Source: Chthonomonadaceae bacterium (GTDB lineage Bacteria > Armatimonadota > Chthonomonadetes > Chthonomonadales > Chthonomonadaceae). From it: a DNA stretch of 48,841 nucleotides. Under the pieces are notes generated by a model. That model saw only the letters and a list, made by a program, of their open reading frames with translations, had not been told where the DNA came from and made no database searches. Both the position numbers and the translations under genes were made by a program. The stretch is from NCBI GenBank assembly GCA_035650735.1, contig DASRGZ010000133.1, positions 1 to 48,841 of the forward strand, given 5' to 3'. Positions 1-9,035 of this stretch are shown here, in pieces (positions within the stretch are counted from its first letter, which is position 1; each line of letters starts with the position of its first letter).

Positions 1-102
1 AGGGACTACGAACGTCTTGATGAGACCTTAACGGCTTACCACTTCGTAGTGTTTGCTATCCTGATGCTCGTCAGGGCGGCAGTCCTGCTCAATAGTTCAT
101 AA
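1..102 (+). CDS. IS5-family transposase, C-terminal end (truncated by window edge)
   Basis: Frame 1 reads RDYERLDETLTAYHFVVFAILMLVRAAVLLNSS*, matching the typical 'RDYER...H..A.I.LM' C-terminus of IS5-family (IS1031/IS427-like) transposases. Confidence 0.85.
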   Translation, partial: RDYERLDETLTAYHFVVFAILMLVRAAVLLNSS

Positions 103-112
103 CACGCTCTAG
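1..112 (+). mobile_element. Right end of IS5-family insertion sequence
   Basis: Transposase stop overlaps TCATAACACGCTC (97-109; reverse complement GAGCGTGTTATGA, an IS5-type terminal IR), followed by TAG (110-112), a plausible target duplication. Confidence 0.7.
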
Positions 113-207
113 GTAAGCCGCAAGTATTTTTGCGCCAGGCCGAAGGAGGTTTGACCGCCAGCCTGGAATCCTTGTGCATCTGCTCCCTTCATCGCAGCGA
201 GGTCACC

Positions 208-1269
208 ATGGGCCATATCAACGTCGCAGATCATCCCGTCCTTAGCCTCTTCTCGAAGCTTCTGGCCGCGCCCTCTCCGTCGGGATGCGAAAGTCGCCTC
301 GCGCAGGGCGTCCGCGAACACCTGGAATCCTGGGGCTATAGCCCTCAAACGGATGGGGTGGGGAACCTGTTCGTTCGGCTAGAAGGCCGCAACGTTGATG
401 CTCGGCTCTGTTGTCTGGCCGCTCATATGGATGAAATTGGCGTGGTCGTGACCAGCATAGAGCCGGACGGCTCCTTACGCGTAGACCGCTCCGGCGGGCT
501 GCATCCCTGGAAGATCGGGGAAGGTCCTCTCGAGATCCTGGGCGAGGAGCGGACCGTCGTCGGCGTCCTGTCTATGGGATCGGCCCATGTGTCCGGAGCC
601 GCCAACCACAGCCTCTCCTGGTCGGAGGTTCGTGTCTTGACCGGCCTGTCCCCGGCGGAACTGAGAGCGGCGGGCGTGCGGCCCGGTTCGACCGGCGTTC
701 CGCTGCGCTCTCTGTGCGGCCCGGTACTCTTCGGGGATCCCGAGGACCCTCTGGTCGGCGCCTGGACCTTTGACGACCGCATGGGCGTCGTGGCCCTGAT
801 GCGTCTGCTGGAGACGATCCAGCAGCAGGGACTGACACCGTACCATCCCACCCTCGTCGCCTTTACAGTCCGTGAAGAGATCGGTGGACAGGGCGCCCTG
901 GTGCTCGCGCAACGCGAGAGGCCGGAGATTTTCATCGCCATTGACGGCTGTCCCATGCCACCCGGCACGCCTTTGCAGCTGGACAGTCGGCCCGGCATCT
1001 GGAGCAAAGATTCGCGGTCGCACTATGACCAGGGATTGATACGGGACTTGTGTCGGGCGGCGGAGGACGCGGGGACGCAGTTGCAACCCGTCGTCTATGA
1101 GGCCGCTGCCAGCGACGCCAGCTTGGTCTTCTCCGCAGGCGGCGCGGCGCGGGTCGCCTGCTTTGGGCATGTGCGCGAGAACAGCCACGGCTATGAGGTG
1201 GCACGGTTATCCAGCTTTGAGAATGTATATCGGACGCTGGTTCAGTTCATCACCGCCTGGGAAGGCTGA
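208..1269 (+). CDS. M42-family metallopeptidase (aminopeptidase/endoglucanase-like)
   Basis: Motifs SPSGCE, AAHMDEIG, FDDRMG, TVREEIG, AIDG, NSHGYE; GAGG RBS before ATG 208. Confidence 0.85.
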   Translation: MGHINVADHPVLSLFSKLLAAPSPSGCESRLAQGVREHLESWGYSPQTDGVGNLFVRLEGRNVDARLCCLAAHMDEIGVVVTSIEPDGSLRVDRSGGLHPWKIGEGPLEILGEERTVVGVLSMGSAHVSGAANHSLSWSEVRVLTGLSPAELRAAGVRPGSTGVPLRSLCGPVLFGDPEDPLVGAWTFDDRMGVVALMRLLETIQQQGLTPYHPTLVAFTVREEIGGQGALVLAQRERPEIFIAIDGCPMPPGTPLQLDSRPGIWSKDSRSHYDQGLIRDLCRAAEDAGTQLQPVVYEAAASDASLVFSAGGAARVACFGHVRENSHGYEVARLSSFENVYRTLVQFITAWEG

Positions 1270-1310
1270 ATCAAGTCGCCTGTTTGGCAGAACGGATTTA
1301 GGAGCACCGC

Positions 1311-3995
1311 ATGAGGAAGAACGTCATCTACGCTCTGCTGATGCTGGCCTTCTGGCTCGCTCCATGCCAACTGAAGGCCGCCCCAAGCCGAATCGCGCGG
1401 ATTGGGAGCAGCGCCCGGATAGACCTGGACAAGGGATGCTGGATCCAATCCTCCGTGAAGGTGCCGGAGAAGGGCGACGTCATCTCAACCAGCCAGTTTC
1501 AACCCCACGGCTGGTATTCCGCCCATGTCCCTGCGACGGTACTGTCGGCCCTCGTAGCGAATAAGGTCTATCCCGATCCCTACGCCAGCATGAATCTCCG
1601 CTCGATTCCGGGAACCAGCTACCCCATCGGCCAGAACTTCTCCAATAGCCCTATGCCGCCGGACAGCCCGTTTGCCGTGTCGTGGTGGTATCGCCCACAA
1701 TTTAGACTTCCGGCGTCGGTGAAGGGCAAAAGGCTCTGGCTGCACTTTGACGGCATCAACTACCGGGCCAATATCTGGCTGAATGGGCATTCGGTGGCTA
1801 GCTCAGACCAGGTCGCAGGCATGTACCGCATGTTCGAGCTCGACATCACGGACCTGGCCCTGACCGGCGACGTCAATACGCTTGCCGTCGAGGTCTTTCC
1901 ACCGACGCCGACCGATCTTTCGATCACCTTCGTGGATTGGAATCCCCTGCCGCCCGATAAGGACATGGGGCTTGTGCGCGACGTCTATCTCCTGACCAGC
2001 GGCCCGGTGGCGGTGCGCAATACACAGGTGATCACCAAACTGGACACGCCTTCGGAAGGAGCTTTGCTTACCCTTGCCACCGACCTGCGGAATGCGACAG
2101 GTCGGGCCGTCGTGGGGACGCTCAGGGCCGTCGTCGGAAACATCGTCCTGGCGCGCAAAGTGCGGTTAGCTCCCCGCCAGGCGGCGCGGGTGGAGCTCAC
2201 GCCGGCAGATTATCCGCAACTCCATATCTCGCATCCGAAGCTGTGGTGGCCCTATCCGTTCGGCCCGCAGACTCTCTATCGCCTGCGCATGGAATTTGAG
2301 ACCGGCGGGCAAGTTTCCGACCGGCAGGAGGTCCGATTCGGCATTCGCGAGATCACCTCCGAGATCGATTCCCAACAGCACCGCCTCTTCAAGATCAACG
2401 GCAAGCCGATCCTGATCCGGGGCGGCGGGTGGACGCCCGATATGATGCTTCGCTTCTCGCCGGAACGCGAGGAGAACGAGCTGCGCTACGTCCGCGACAT
2501 GCACCTGAACACCATCCGTCTCGAAGGCAAGATGATGAACGATCACTTTTTTGAGACGTGTGATCGGTACGGAATCCTGGTAATGGCGGGCTGGTGCTGC
2601 TGCTCGTATTGGGAGCGATGGAGATTCTGGAAGCCTATAGACTACACCATCGCCGGTGAATCGCTGCGGGATCAAGTTCGCCGTCTGCGCAATCATCCTT
2701 GCCTGCTGGCCTGGCTCTACGGCAGCGATAATTCTCCCACCCCGGAAGCAGAGGCGGTTTACCTGAAGGTCCTGCAAGAGGAGCACTGGCCCAATCCCTA
2801 CGTGTCCTCCGCCGCCGAGCGGACCACCGTGGGCGCTGGGCCGACCGGAGTCAAGATGACCGGGCCTTACGACTACGTCGCCCCGAGTTACTGGCTGCTC
2901 GATCAGTACCGAGGCGGCGCGTTCGGATTTAATACCGAGACCAGTCCGGGACCTGCTATTCCGGAGATGGCGAGCCTACTTGAGATGCTGCCCAGGGAAC
3001 ATCTCTGGCCCATAGACGAGTTCTGGAACTTTCATGCGGGCGGCGGCGGGTATCGGAATGTCCAGAACTTCACCGATGCGCTGGAGGGCCGCTATGGGAA
3101 AGCCAGAAGCCTGGAGGATTACGTCAAGAAAAGCCAGCTTATGACCTATGAGGGCGAGCGCGCTATGTTTGAAGCCTTCGGTCGGAATAAATACACGGCC
3201 ACCGGAGTCATTCAGTGGATGATCAACAACGCTTGGCCTTCCTTGATCTGGCACCTCTATGACTACTATCTGCGGCCCGGCGGAGGCTACTTCGGCACGA
3301 AGAAGGCCTGTGAGCCCTTGCACGTGCAATACTCTTATGACGACCGCTCGATTGTCGTCGTCAATTCTTACTACCGCGCCTTTCCAGGCTACAAAGTGAC
3401 CGCCAGGGTCTATAACTTTGACCTCACCGAGAAGTTCTCGAAGGATGCGGCGGTGGATATTGCCCCGGATAGCTCCACGCGAGTCCTTGCGATTCCCGAC
3501 CTGTACGGGCTTTCTCGCGTCTATTTCATTCGGCTCACCTTGCAAGACGAGGCTGGAAAACCGGTCAGCTCGAATTTTTATTGGCTTTCCACGCAGCCGG
3601 ATATTACCGACTGGTACGCCGCAAACGGGCACCACACGCCTATCCAATCGTATGCGGACCTTACGGACCTGGAGAAACTGCCGGAGGTAACGGTCACAAT
3701 TACCTCCCGGTCGGAGCGCCGGGGCGCGGCTCAGATCGAGCACATGACGGTAGAGAATCCGACCTCCCATCTCGCCTTTTGCGTCCACCTGCGCGTGACG
3801 AAGGGCAAGGACGGGGCCGACATCGCGCCGGTCTTCTGGGAGGACAACTATTTTGAGTTGATGCCGGGGGAAAAGCGCGAAATTACAGCGACCTATCCGC
3901 GCAAGCTGCTCGGCAGTGCCCGACCCTTTATCCAGGTGGAGGGATGGAATGTAGCGCCCGCTTCGATATCCCGGTTCTTCCCTCATCGTTCGTAG
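1311..3995 (+). CDS. GH2 glycoside hydrolase, exo-beta-D-glucosaminidase (CsxA-like), secreted
   Basis: Signal peptide; FDGINYRANIWLNG, IRGGGWTPD, IRLEGK, WLYGSD, GFNTETSPG, WHLYDYYL motifs. Confidence 0.85.
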   Translation: MRKNVIYALLMLAFWLAPCQLKAAPSRIARIGSSARIDLDKGCWIQSSVKVPEKGDVISTSQFQPHGWYSAHVPATVLSALVANKVYPDPYASMNLRSIPGTSYPIGQNFSNSPMPPDSPFAVSWWYRPQFRLPASVKGKRLWLHFDGINYRANIWLNGHSVASSDQVAGMYRMFELDITDLALTGDVNTLAVEVFPPTPTDLSITFVDWNPLPPDKDMGLVRDVYLLTSGPVAVRNTQVITKLDTPSEGALLTLATDLRNATGRAVVGTLRAVVGNIVLARKVRLAPRQAARVELTPADYPQLHISHPKLWWPYPFGPQTLYRLRMEFETGGQVSDRQEVRFGIREITSEIDSQQHRLFKINGKPILIRGGGWTPDMMLRFSPEREENELRYVRDMHLNTIRLEGKMMNDHFFETCDRYGILVMAGWCCCSYWERWRFWKPIDYTIAGESLRDQVRRLRNHPCLLAWLYGSDNSPTPEAEAVYLKVLQEEHWPNPYVSSAAERTTVGAGPTGVKMTGPYDYVAPSYWLLDQYRGGAFGFNTETSPGPAIPEMASLLEMLPREHLWPIDEFWNFHAGGGGYRNVQNFTDALEGRYGKARSLEDYVKKSQLMTYEGERAMFEAFGRNKYTATGVIQWMINNAWPSLIWHLYDYYLRPGGGYFGTKKACEPLHVQYSYDDRSIVVVNSYYRAFPGYKVTARVYNFDLTEKFSKDAAVDIAPDSSTRVLAIPDLYGLSRVYFIRLTLQDEAGKPVSSNFYWLSTQPDITDWYAANGHHTPIQSYADLTDLEKLPEVTVTITSRSERRGAAQIEHMTVENPTSHLAFCVHLRVTKGKDGADIAPVFWEDNYFELMPGEKREITATYPRKLLGSARPFIQVEGWNVAPASISRFFPHRS

Positions 3996-4000
3996 GAGCA

Positions 4001-5470
4001 ATGCCCATGCCTTCGCTTTCGCAACCATCCTTCGATTCGCAAGCCCTGGATGCGCTCGTCCGGGCTGCCATGGAGGCGTGCCAGGTTCCCGGCGCGTCCG
4101 TCGGCATCGTTCACGGCGAGGAGGTCGTCTATCTCAAGGGGTTCGGCGTCAAAGAGGCGGGCAAGGAGGACGAAGTTACGCCGGATACCCTGTTCGCCAT
4201 CGGCTCGACCACCAAAGCGTTCACCACGACCGCAATTGCAATGCTGGTGGACGACGGCAAGATGGCCTGGGATGACCCGGTGCGCAAGCATATTCCGTTC
4301 TTCCGGCTGTCCGACCCGCTGGCAGATGCGAACGTGACGCTGCGCGATCTGGTGACCCATCGCACCGGCGTTAGCCGCCACGACCTGCTCTGGTATGGCT
4401 CCTCCCTGGATCGCGAGGAGATTCTACGGCGTATTGGGCTGGTCAAGCCCAACACTTCCTTCCGCTCGACCTGGGAATATAACAACATCATGTACCTTGC
4501 CGCCGGGGTCGCCATCGGGAAGGCTAGCGGGGGCACCTGGGAAGCGTTCCTTCAGCAGCGCATCCTGGACCCGCTGGGAATGACCGGAGCCTGCTTTAGC
4601 GTCAAGGACGTGCAGCAAGCGCCCGACCGCGCTACCCCGCACGAAAAGGACAAGGAGAAGAACCTCAAGACCGTTCCCTGGCGCAACCTGGACAACGTGG
4701 CCCCGGCAGGTTCCATCAACTCTGGAGCGCGCGACCTGACCAAATGGGTGCGGTTCAACTTAGGAGACGGCACCTTTGCGGGCAAGCGGCTGCTCTCCGC
4801 CGCCAGGCTGGCCGAGTTGCACACGCCGCAGATGGTCGTGGGCCGGGATGAGCAGGCGCGAGCCTGGGAGCCGGAGACCAATATGACCAGCTACGCGCTC
4901 GGCTGGGGCGTGCAGGACTACCACGGCCTCCTGATGGTCCATCACGGCGGCGGCATTGATGGGATGCGCGCGCAGATCAGCCTGATCCCGGCGGCGAAGC
5001 TGGGCGTCATCATCCTGGCGAACGTGGGCAATACCTGGATGCCGGAGGCGCTGCGCAACAGCCTTCTCGATACCATCCTCGGCCTGCCGCAGCGGGACTG
5101 GAACACTCTCTATACCGAACTCGCCGATAAAATGGAGGCCGAGGAAAAGAAGAAAGAAGCCGAGCGGGATGCGAAACGCCACAAGGACACGCGGCCTTCC
5201 CGCGAGCCTGCCGCCTATACCGGAGCTTACGAAGAGCCTGCCTATGGGACGGCCCGCGTCTCGCTGGAAAATGGCTCTCTCGTGGTGCAGTGGAACTGCT
5301 TTCACCTCCCGCTCGAACATTTCCACTTCGATACCTTCCTGGCGAAGAAAGACGATCCCCCGCGCGTCAATGAGCTGGTGGCCTTCACGCTGGATGCCAA
5401 CGGCGATGTGGATACCATGATAGTCCTGGGTATCGAATTCAAGAAGGCCAAGCCCAACCCTGGTGATTAG
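4001..5470 (+). CDS. Serine hydrolase, beta-lactamase/AmpC-like family with C-terminal DUF3471-like domain
   Basis: SxxK (GSTTK), YxN (EYNN), HHGG triad; C-terminal YTGAYEEPAYG; AGGAG RBS. Confidence 0.85.
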   Translation: MPMPSLSQPSFDSQALDALVRAAMEACQVPGASVGIVHGEEVVYLKGFGVKEAGKEDEVTPDTLFAIGSTTKAFTTTAIAMLVDDGKMAWDDPVRKHIPFFRLSDPLADANVTLRDLVTHRTGVSRHDLLWYGSSLDREEILRRIGLVKPNTSFRSTWEYNNIMYLAAGVAIGKASGGTWEAFLQQRILDPLGMTGACFSVKDVQQAPDRATPHEKDKEKNLKTVPWRNLDNVAPAGSINSGARDLTKWVRFNLGDGTFAGKRLLSAARLAELHTPQMVVGRDEQARAWEPETNMTSYALGWGVQDYHGLLMVHHGGGIDGMRAQISLIPAAKLGVIILANVGNTWMPEALRNSLLDTILGLPQRDWNTLYTELADKMEAEEKKKEAERDAKRHKDTRPSREPAAYTGAYEEPAYGTARVSLENGSLVVQWNCFHLPLEHFHFDTFLAKKDDPPRVNELVAFTLDANGDVDTMIVLGIEFKKAKPNPGD

Positions 5471-5656
5471 AATCCACAGATTACACCGATTAAAAAACAA
5501 AGACAAAAGCCTTTGGACAGGATGAACAGGATTTACAGGATTACACAAAGGCAGAGAAGCAAGGCTTGTCCGTGTGGTTGAAATCCGGTTCCTCCCGTTA
5601 ATCCTATCTAAAATCGTGTCTTTTTCGGTGTTAATCGGTGTAATCTGTGGATTCTA
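5468..5656. repeat. Nested palindromic intergenic element
   Basis: Perfect 26-bp inverted repeat 5468-5493 / 5631-5656 enclosing a second imperfect IR (ACAGGATGAACAGGATTTACAGGATT ... AATCC...AATCCTATCT) homologous to 38731-38822. Confidence 0.85.
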
Positions 5657-5744
5657 TCGGGCAATTTGTGAAAAAAGGTTCAAAGGGAAGCGTGTGAACC
5701 TGGCACTTAATAATGAAAACATCTCTGGCGGGAGTTCACACCGA

Positions 5745-7364
5745 ATGGAATTGGGGACACTGGTCTCTCGAATCAGGGCGGGCGATATCTGCGCGTTCAC
5801 CGAACTGGTGCGGCGCTATCAGGATATGGCTTTCGGCTATGCGTTTTCTATCCTGCATGACTTTCAGCTTGCCGAAGACGCCGCCCAGGAAGCCTTCCTC
5901 GCCGTCTATGCCGATCTAGGCGCTCTGGCGGCGCCGGAAGCGTTTCCCGGCTGGCTGCGCGGGATCGTCCGGCATCAGTGTCAGCGGATTCTGCGCAAGC
6001 GACGGCTGCGCGTCGTTCCGCTGGCGCAGGCGCGCGACATGGCGGAGTCGGCGCCGGGGCCGGAGCGGCAGGCAGAGCGGAAGGAGATGCAGGAGCGCGT
6101 TCTAGCCGCCATCCGTGCGCTGCCCCGAGCGGAGCGCGAGGTGACAACCCTGTACTACATCCAGGAGTACTCCCAGCAGGAGATCGCCGCGTTTCTGGAG
6201 GTGCCGGTTTCCAAGGTCAATAACCGGCTGCACGCGGCGCGCGCCAGACTGAAACGGAGGATGCTTCCCATGGTGAAAGAGACCTTTCAAGAACACGCCC
6301 TGCCGGAGGATTTCGCGGAGAGAGTCGGCAGGATCGTGCAGGTGCAGGGGCCGCTTGTGGACGCGCAGTTCGCGCCCGAAAAACTGCCGGCTGTCTTCAG
6401 CGCACTGACCGTCCAGGACCCGGCGCACAAGCAGCCGGTTACGGTGGAGGTCGCGCAGCATCTTGGCAACGGTGTGGTGCGCTGCATCGCTCTCGCTCCC
6501 GCCGCCGGGCTGAAGCAGGGCATGGAGATCATCAATACCGGCGCTCCGGCCAGCCAGCCGGTCGCTTCGGAGACACTACATCAACTTGCCCAGGCGCTGG
6601 GCAAGGAGCGCACGGAGAAGCCGGAACTGCTGGAAACGGGAATCAAGGCGCTCGATCTGCTCTGCCCCTATGCCCGTGGCGGCAAGGTCGGGCTGTTTGC
6701 GGAGTGGGGACTGGGGCTGCTGGTTCTCATCCCGGAGATCATCCACAATATCGCCACACACCAACCGGGCGTTTGGCTGTTCACCTTCGTGCAGCCGATG
6801 GCAAACCCGAAGGACTGGCAGCAGGTGACGGCTGAGATCGCCGTGCCGGAGGGAGAGATACAGACGATCTATATTCCCACCGCCGACCCTAACGATCCCG
6901 TTATCCCCGCGCAGTTTGATTTTCTGGACGCCAGAACGTACCTGGCCCGCCATCGGGCGCGGCAGCGTCTCTATCCCGCGATAGACCCGCTGCGCTCAAA
7001 CTCGCGCCTGCTTGACCCGGCCCTTGTCGGCCAGGAGCATGTGGAGGTGGCGAACGGCGTCCGGCAGCTTTTGCAGCGCTGCCAGGAGCTACAGCCGCAC
7101 CTGGAATCCACCGGCAGGGAAGCGCTCTCGGAAGAGGAAAAGACGCTGGCGGCGCGCGGCCGTCGGGTAGAGCGCTTCCTGACGCAGCCGTTCTTTGTCG
7201 CCGCGCCCTTTACCGGTGTGCCGGGCCAGTATGTGCCCGTCCAGGAAACCGTGCGGGACTTCAAGGCGCTGCTCGCCGGGGAGTACGACGCCCTGCCGGA
7301 AGAGGCGTTCCTCTATTGCGGCACGCTGGCCCAGGTCGTCGAAAAGGCGAATGCCGCCCGGTAG
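5745..7364 (+). CDS. ECF sigma-70 factor fused to a degenerate F1-ATP synthase beta-subunit (AtpD-like) domain
   Basis: Residues 1-~172 carry sigma2 (AEDAAQEAF, FPGWL) and sigma4 (YSQQEIAAFLEVPVSKVNNRLHAARARL). From ~195 on: GRIVQVQGPLVD, EVAQHLG, LETGIKALDLLCPYARGGKVGLF, YPAIDPLRSNSRLLDP, RFLTQPFFVA..FTG.PGQYV, GEYDALPEEAF. Confidence 0.9.
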   Translation: MELGTLVSRIRAGDICAFTELVRRYQDMAFGYAFSILHDFQLAEDAAQEAFLAVYADLGALAAPEAFPGWLRGIVRHQCQRILRKRRLRVVPLAQARDMAESAPGPERQAERKEMQERVLAAIRALPRAEREVTTLYYIQEYSQQEIAAFLEVPVSKVNNRLHAARARLKRRMLPMVKETFQEHALPEDFAERVGRIVQVQGPLVDAQFAPEKLPAVFSALTVQDPAHKQPVTVEVAQHLGNGVVRCIALAPAAGLKQGMEIINTGAPASQPVASETLHQLAQALGKERTEKPELLETGIKALDLLCPYARGGKVGLFAEWGLGLLVLIPEIIHNIATHQPGVWLFTFVQPMANPKDWQQVTAEIAVPEGEIQTIYIPTADPNDPVIPAQFDFLDARTYLARHRARQRLYPAIDPLRSNSRLLDPALVGQEHVEVANGVRQLLQRCQELQPHLESTGREALSEEEKTLAARGRRVERFLTQPFFVAAPFTGVPGQYVPVQETVRDFKALLAGEYDALPEEAFLYCGTLAQVVEKANAAR

Positions 7365-7431
7365 AGCTTGCCGGCTGGCGCCGGCGTCGCTCAACGGCTT
7401 GCACGGGCGCGATGGGCGGCGCTCCCCTTTG

Positions 7432-7461
7432 TTGACGCCGAAGCGAACCAGGTGCTATACT
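7432..7461 (+). promoter_or_regulatory. Sigma70-type promoter of ndk
   Basis: TTGACG-18-TATACT with extended -10 TG. Confidence 0.6.
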
Positions 7462-7537
7462 CCCTCGAAACAACATCGCGCCGCCGGTGCGCTCTCCGGC
7501 GGCGCGAACCTTTGCCATCGGGAGGAGTTAAAAGGGA

Positions 7538-7954
7538 ATGGAGCGGACTTTTGTCATGGTCAAGCCGGACGGCGTACAGCGCCGACTGGTGGGGGAGATC
7601 ATCCGCCGCTTTGAGACGCGCGGGCTGCGGTTGGTCGGCTTGAAGCTGTTGCAGCCGTGCCGGGATCTGGCCGAGGCGCACTACGCCGTGCATCGCGAGA
7701 AGCCCTTCTACGGCGAGTTGGTCGGCTTCATCACCTCCGGGCCGGTCGTGGCGATGGTCTGGGAGGGCAACGAGGCGATCCGGCTGTGCCGGAACATGAT
7801 CGGGGCGCTCAAGCCGGTGGAGGCGCAGCCTGGCACCATTCGCGGCGACTTCACGACGGAGGTACAGACCAACCTTGTGCATGGCTCCGATGCGCCGGAG
7901 ACCGCGCAAAGCGAGATCGCGCTCTGGTTTCGCCCGGAGGAACTGCTGTCCTGA
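7538..7954 (+). CDS. ndk: Nucleoside diphosphate kinase
   Basis: [36 protein letters not shown]. Confidence 0.97.
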   Translation: MERTFVMVKPDGVQRRLVGEIIRRFETRGLRLVGLKLLQPCRDLAEAHYAVHREKPFYGELVGFITSGPVVAMVWEGNEAIRLCRNMIGALKPVEAQPGTIRGDFTTEVQTNLVHGSDAPETAQSEIALWFRPEELLS

Positions 7955-8022
7955 GCGCTCAGTCAGAGGAACGGCGTCGTTCTCCGCGAGGGAGAAGCGC
8001 CGACAGGACTCTGCGCGCGTGT

Positions 8023-8826
8023 CTAACGGCTCTCTGCGGAGCGGCGGCTTATCGGCTGCCAGGCGCGGCTGACTTCGGCCCCGCGCCCATCGCCCTTATA
8101 GCCGCGCTGCTCGCTCAGGCTTACCCAGAGTAGGATAAACGTGCCCAGGCCCACCACGCAGCAAAAGATCAGGTGCAGCCCGGACATAAAGCCCGGGCCG
8201 ATTGGATCGGCAGCCGTCCGCAGTATCTCGGTGTCGCCGGTGGCGTAGGCTTCATTCTGGGCGAACTCCTGGCCTGTCGTGGCCCAGACCGCCGCACCCA
8301 GCAGACCATAGAGGAACAGCGCGATATAGCTCCACACCAGCGCCGTGCGTCGGTTGCTGCTGTAGCGTGAGCAGGTCATGCCCAGCAGCACGTACAGGCT
8401 CGCCGACAGCAGCAGCTTGAGCGTCACGGTGATCATCCACCAGCCCGGCTCCGCCGCCCAGCGGGAGCCTTCGCGCAGCAGCATTAGCAGCATCGCCGGC
8501 ACGCAGGAGAACACCGCCAGCCCGACGAGCAGCAGAGAGGCGCAGAACTTACCGATAACCACCTGCGCGTTGGTCAGGCGGGTCAGGTAGAGGTCTTGCC
8601 AGGTCTGCTGCTCATATTCTTTGGCGAAGGCGCCGGCGGCAAACGGAGGCACGATCAGGGGCAGCGCGAAGGCGGGAATCCAGGATAGCGGATAACGCGC
8701 CAGCCCGGCGAACTGGGACAGCCAGATAAGCAGCGCCGTCACCAGCGCCCACAGGCCGATAGCCAGCAGTGGTTTACGGCGAAAAAGGCTCTGGCGGAGT
8801 TCGTTCAAAAAGACCGGGTTTTCCAT
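8023..8826 (-). CDS. ABC-2 type transporter permease-like membrane protein
   Basis: NPVFLNELR N-terminus, AGAFAKEYEQQTWQDLYLTRL..QVVIGK, several TM segments. Confidence 0.75.
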   Translation of the reverse strand: MENPVFLNELRQSLFRRKPLLAIGLWALVTALLIWLSQFAGLARYPLSWIPAFALPLIVPPFAAGAFAKEYEQQTWQDLYLTRLTNAQVVIGKFCASLLLVGLAVFSCVPAMLLMLLREGSRWAAEPGWWMITVTLKLLLSASLYVLLGMTCSRYSSNRRTALVWSYIALFLYGLLGAAVWATTGQEFAQNEAYATGDTEILRTAADPIGPGFMSGLHLIFCCVVGLGTFILLWVSLSEQRGYKGDGRGAEVSRAWQPISRRSAESR

Positions 8827-8851
8827 CGCCGCCTCCTCAGAGAACCATGAA

Positions 8852-8936
8852 ACCTCATCCCTCTCCCGCAGCGCGGATCGCTAGGCGGAGGCGCGAACCA
8901 TTGCAGCGCCGCCCCTGGTAGTAGGCCGGGGTGAGG
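8852..8936. repeat. REP-like modular repeat
   Basis: CTAGGCGGAGGCGCGAACCATTGCAGCGCC..CCCTGG.AGT shares modules with 16906-16960, 24330-24455 (reverse) and 48690-48841; bracketed by CCTCA..C / G..GTGAGG. Confidence 0.6.
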
Positions 8937-9035
8937 TCTTTAGCCGCCTGTAAAGCTGCCGCCGGCTATCTCGTAAGATACAGACACCGGCGGCGCGGCA
9001 AAGGGTTCATAAAGATTCACAAGGTAGGCGTTGGC

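Noticed and set aside
5574..5744. N-terminal hydrophobic extension of the sigma ORF in the ORF track
   Set aside because: It is translated repeat DNA; sigma homology starts at ATG 5745
6327..7364. Functional atpD
   Set aside because: Walker A Lys/Thr replaced, catalytic Glu and Walker B region deleted, no other atp genes nearby
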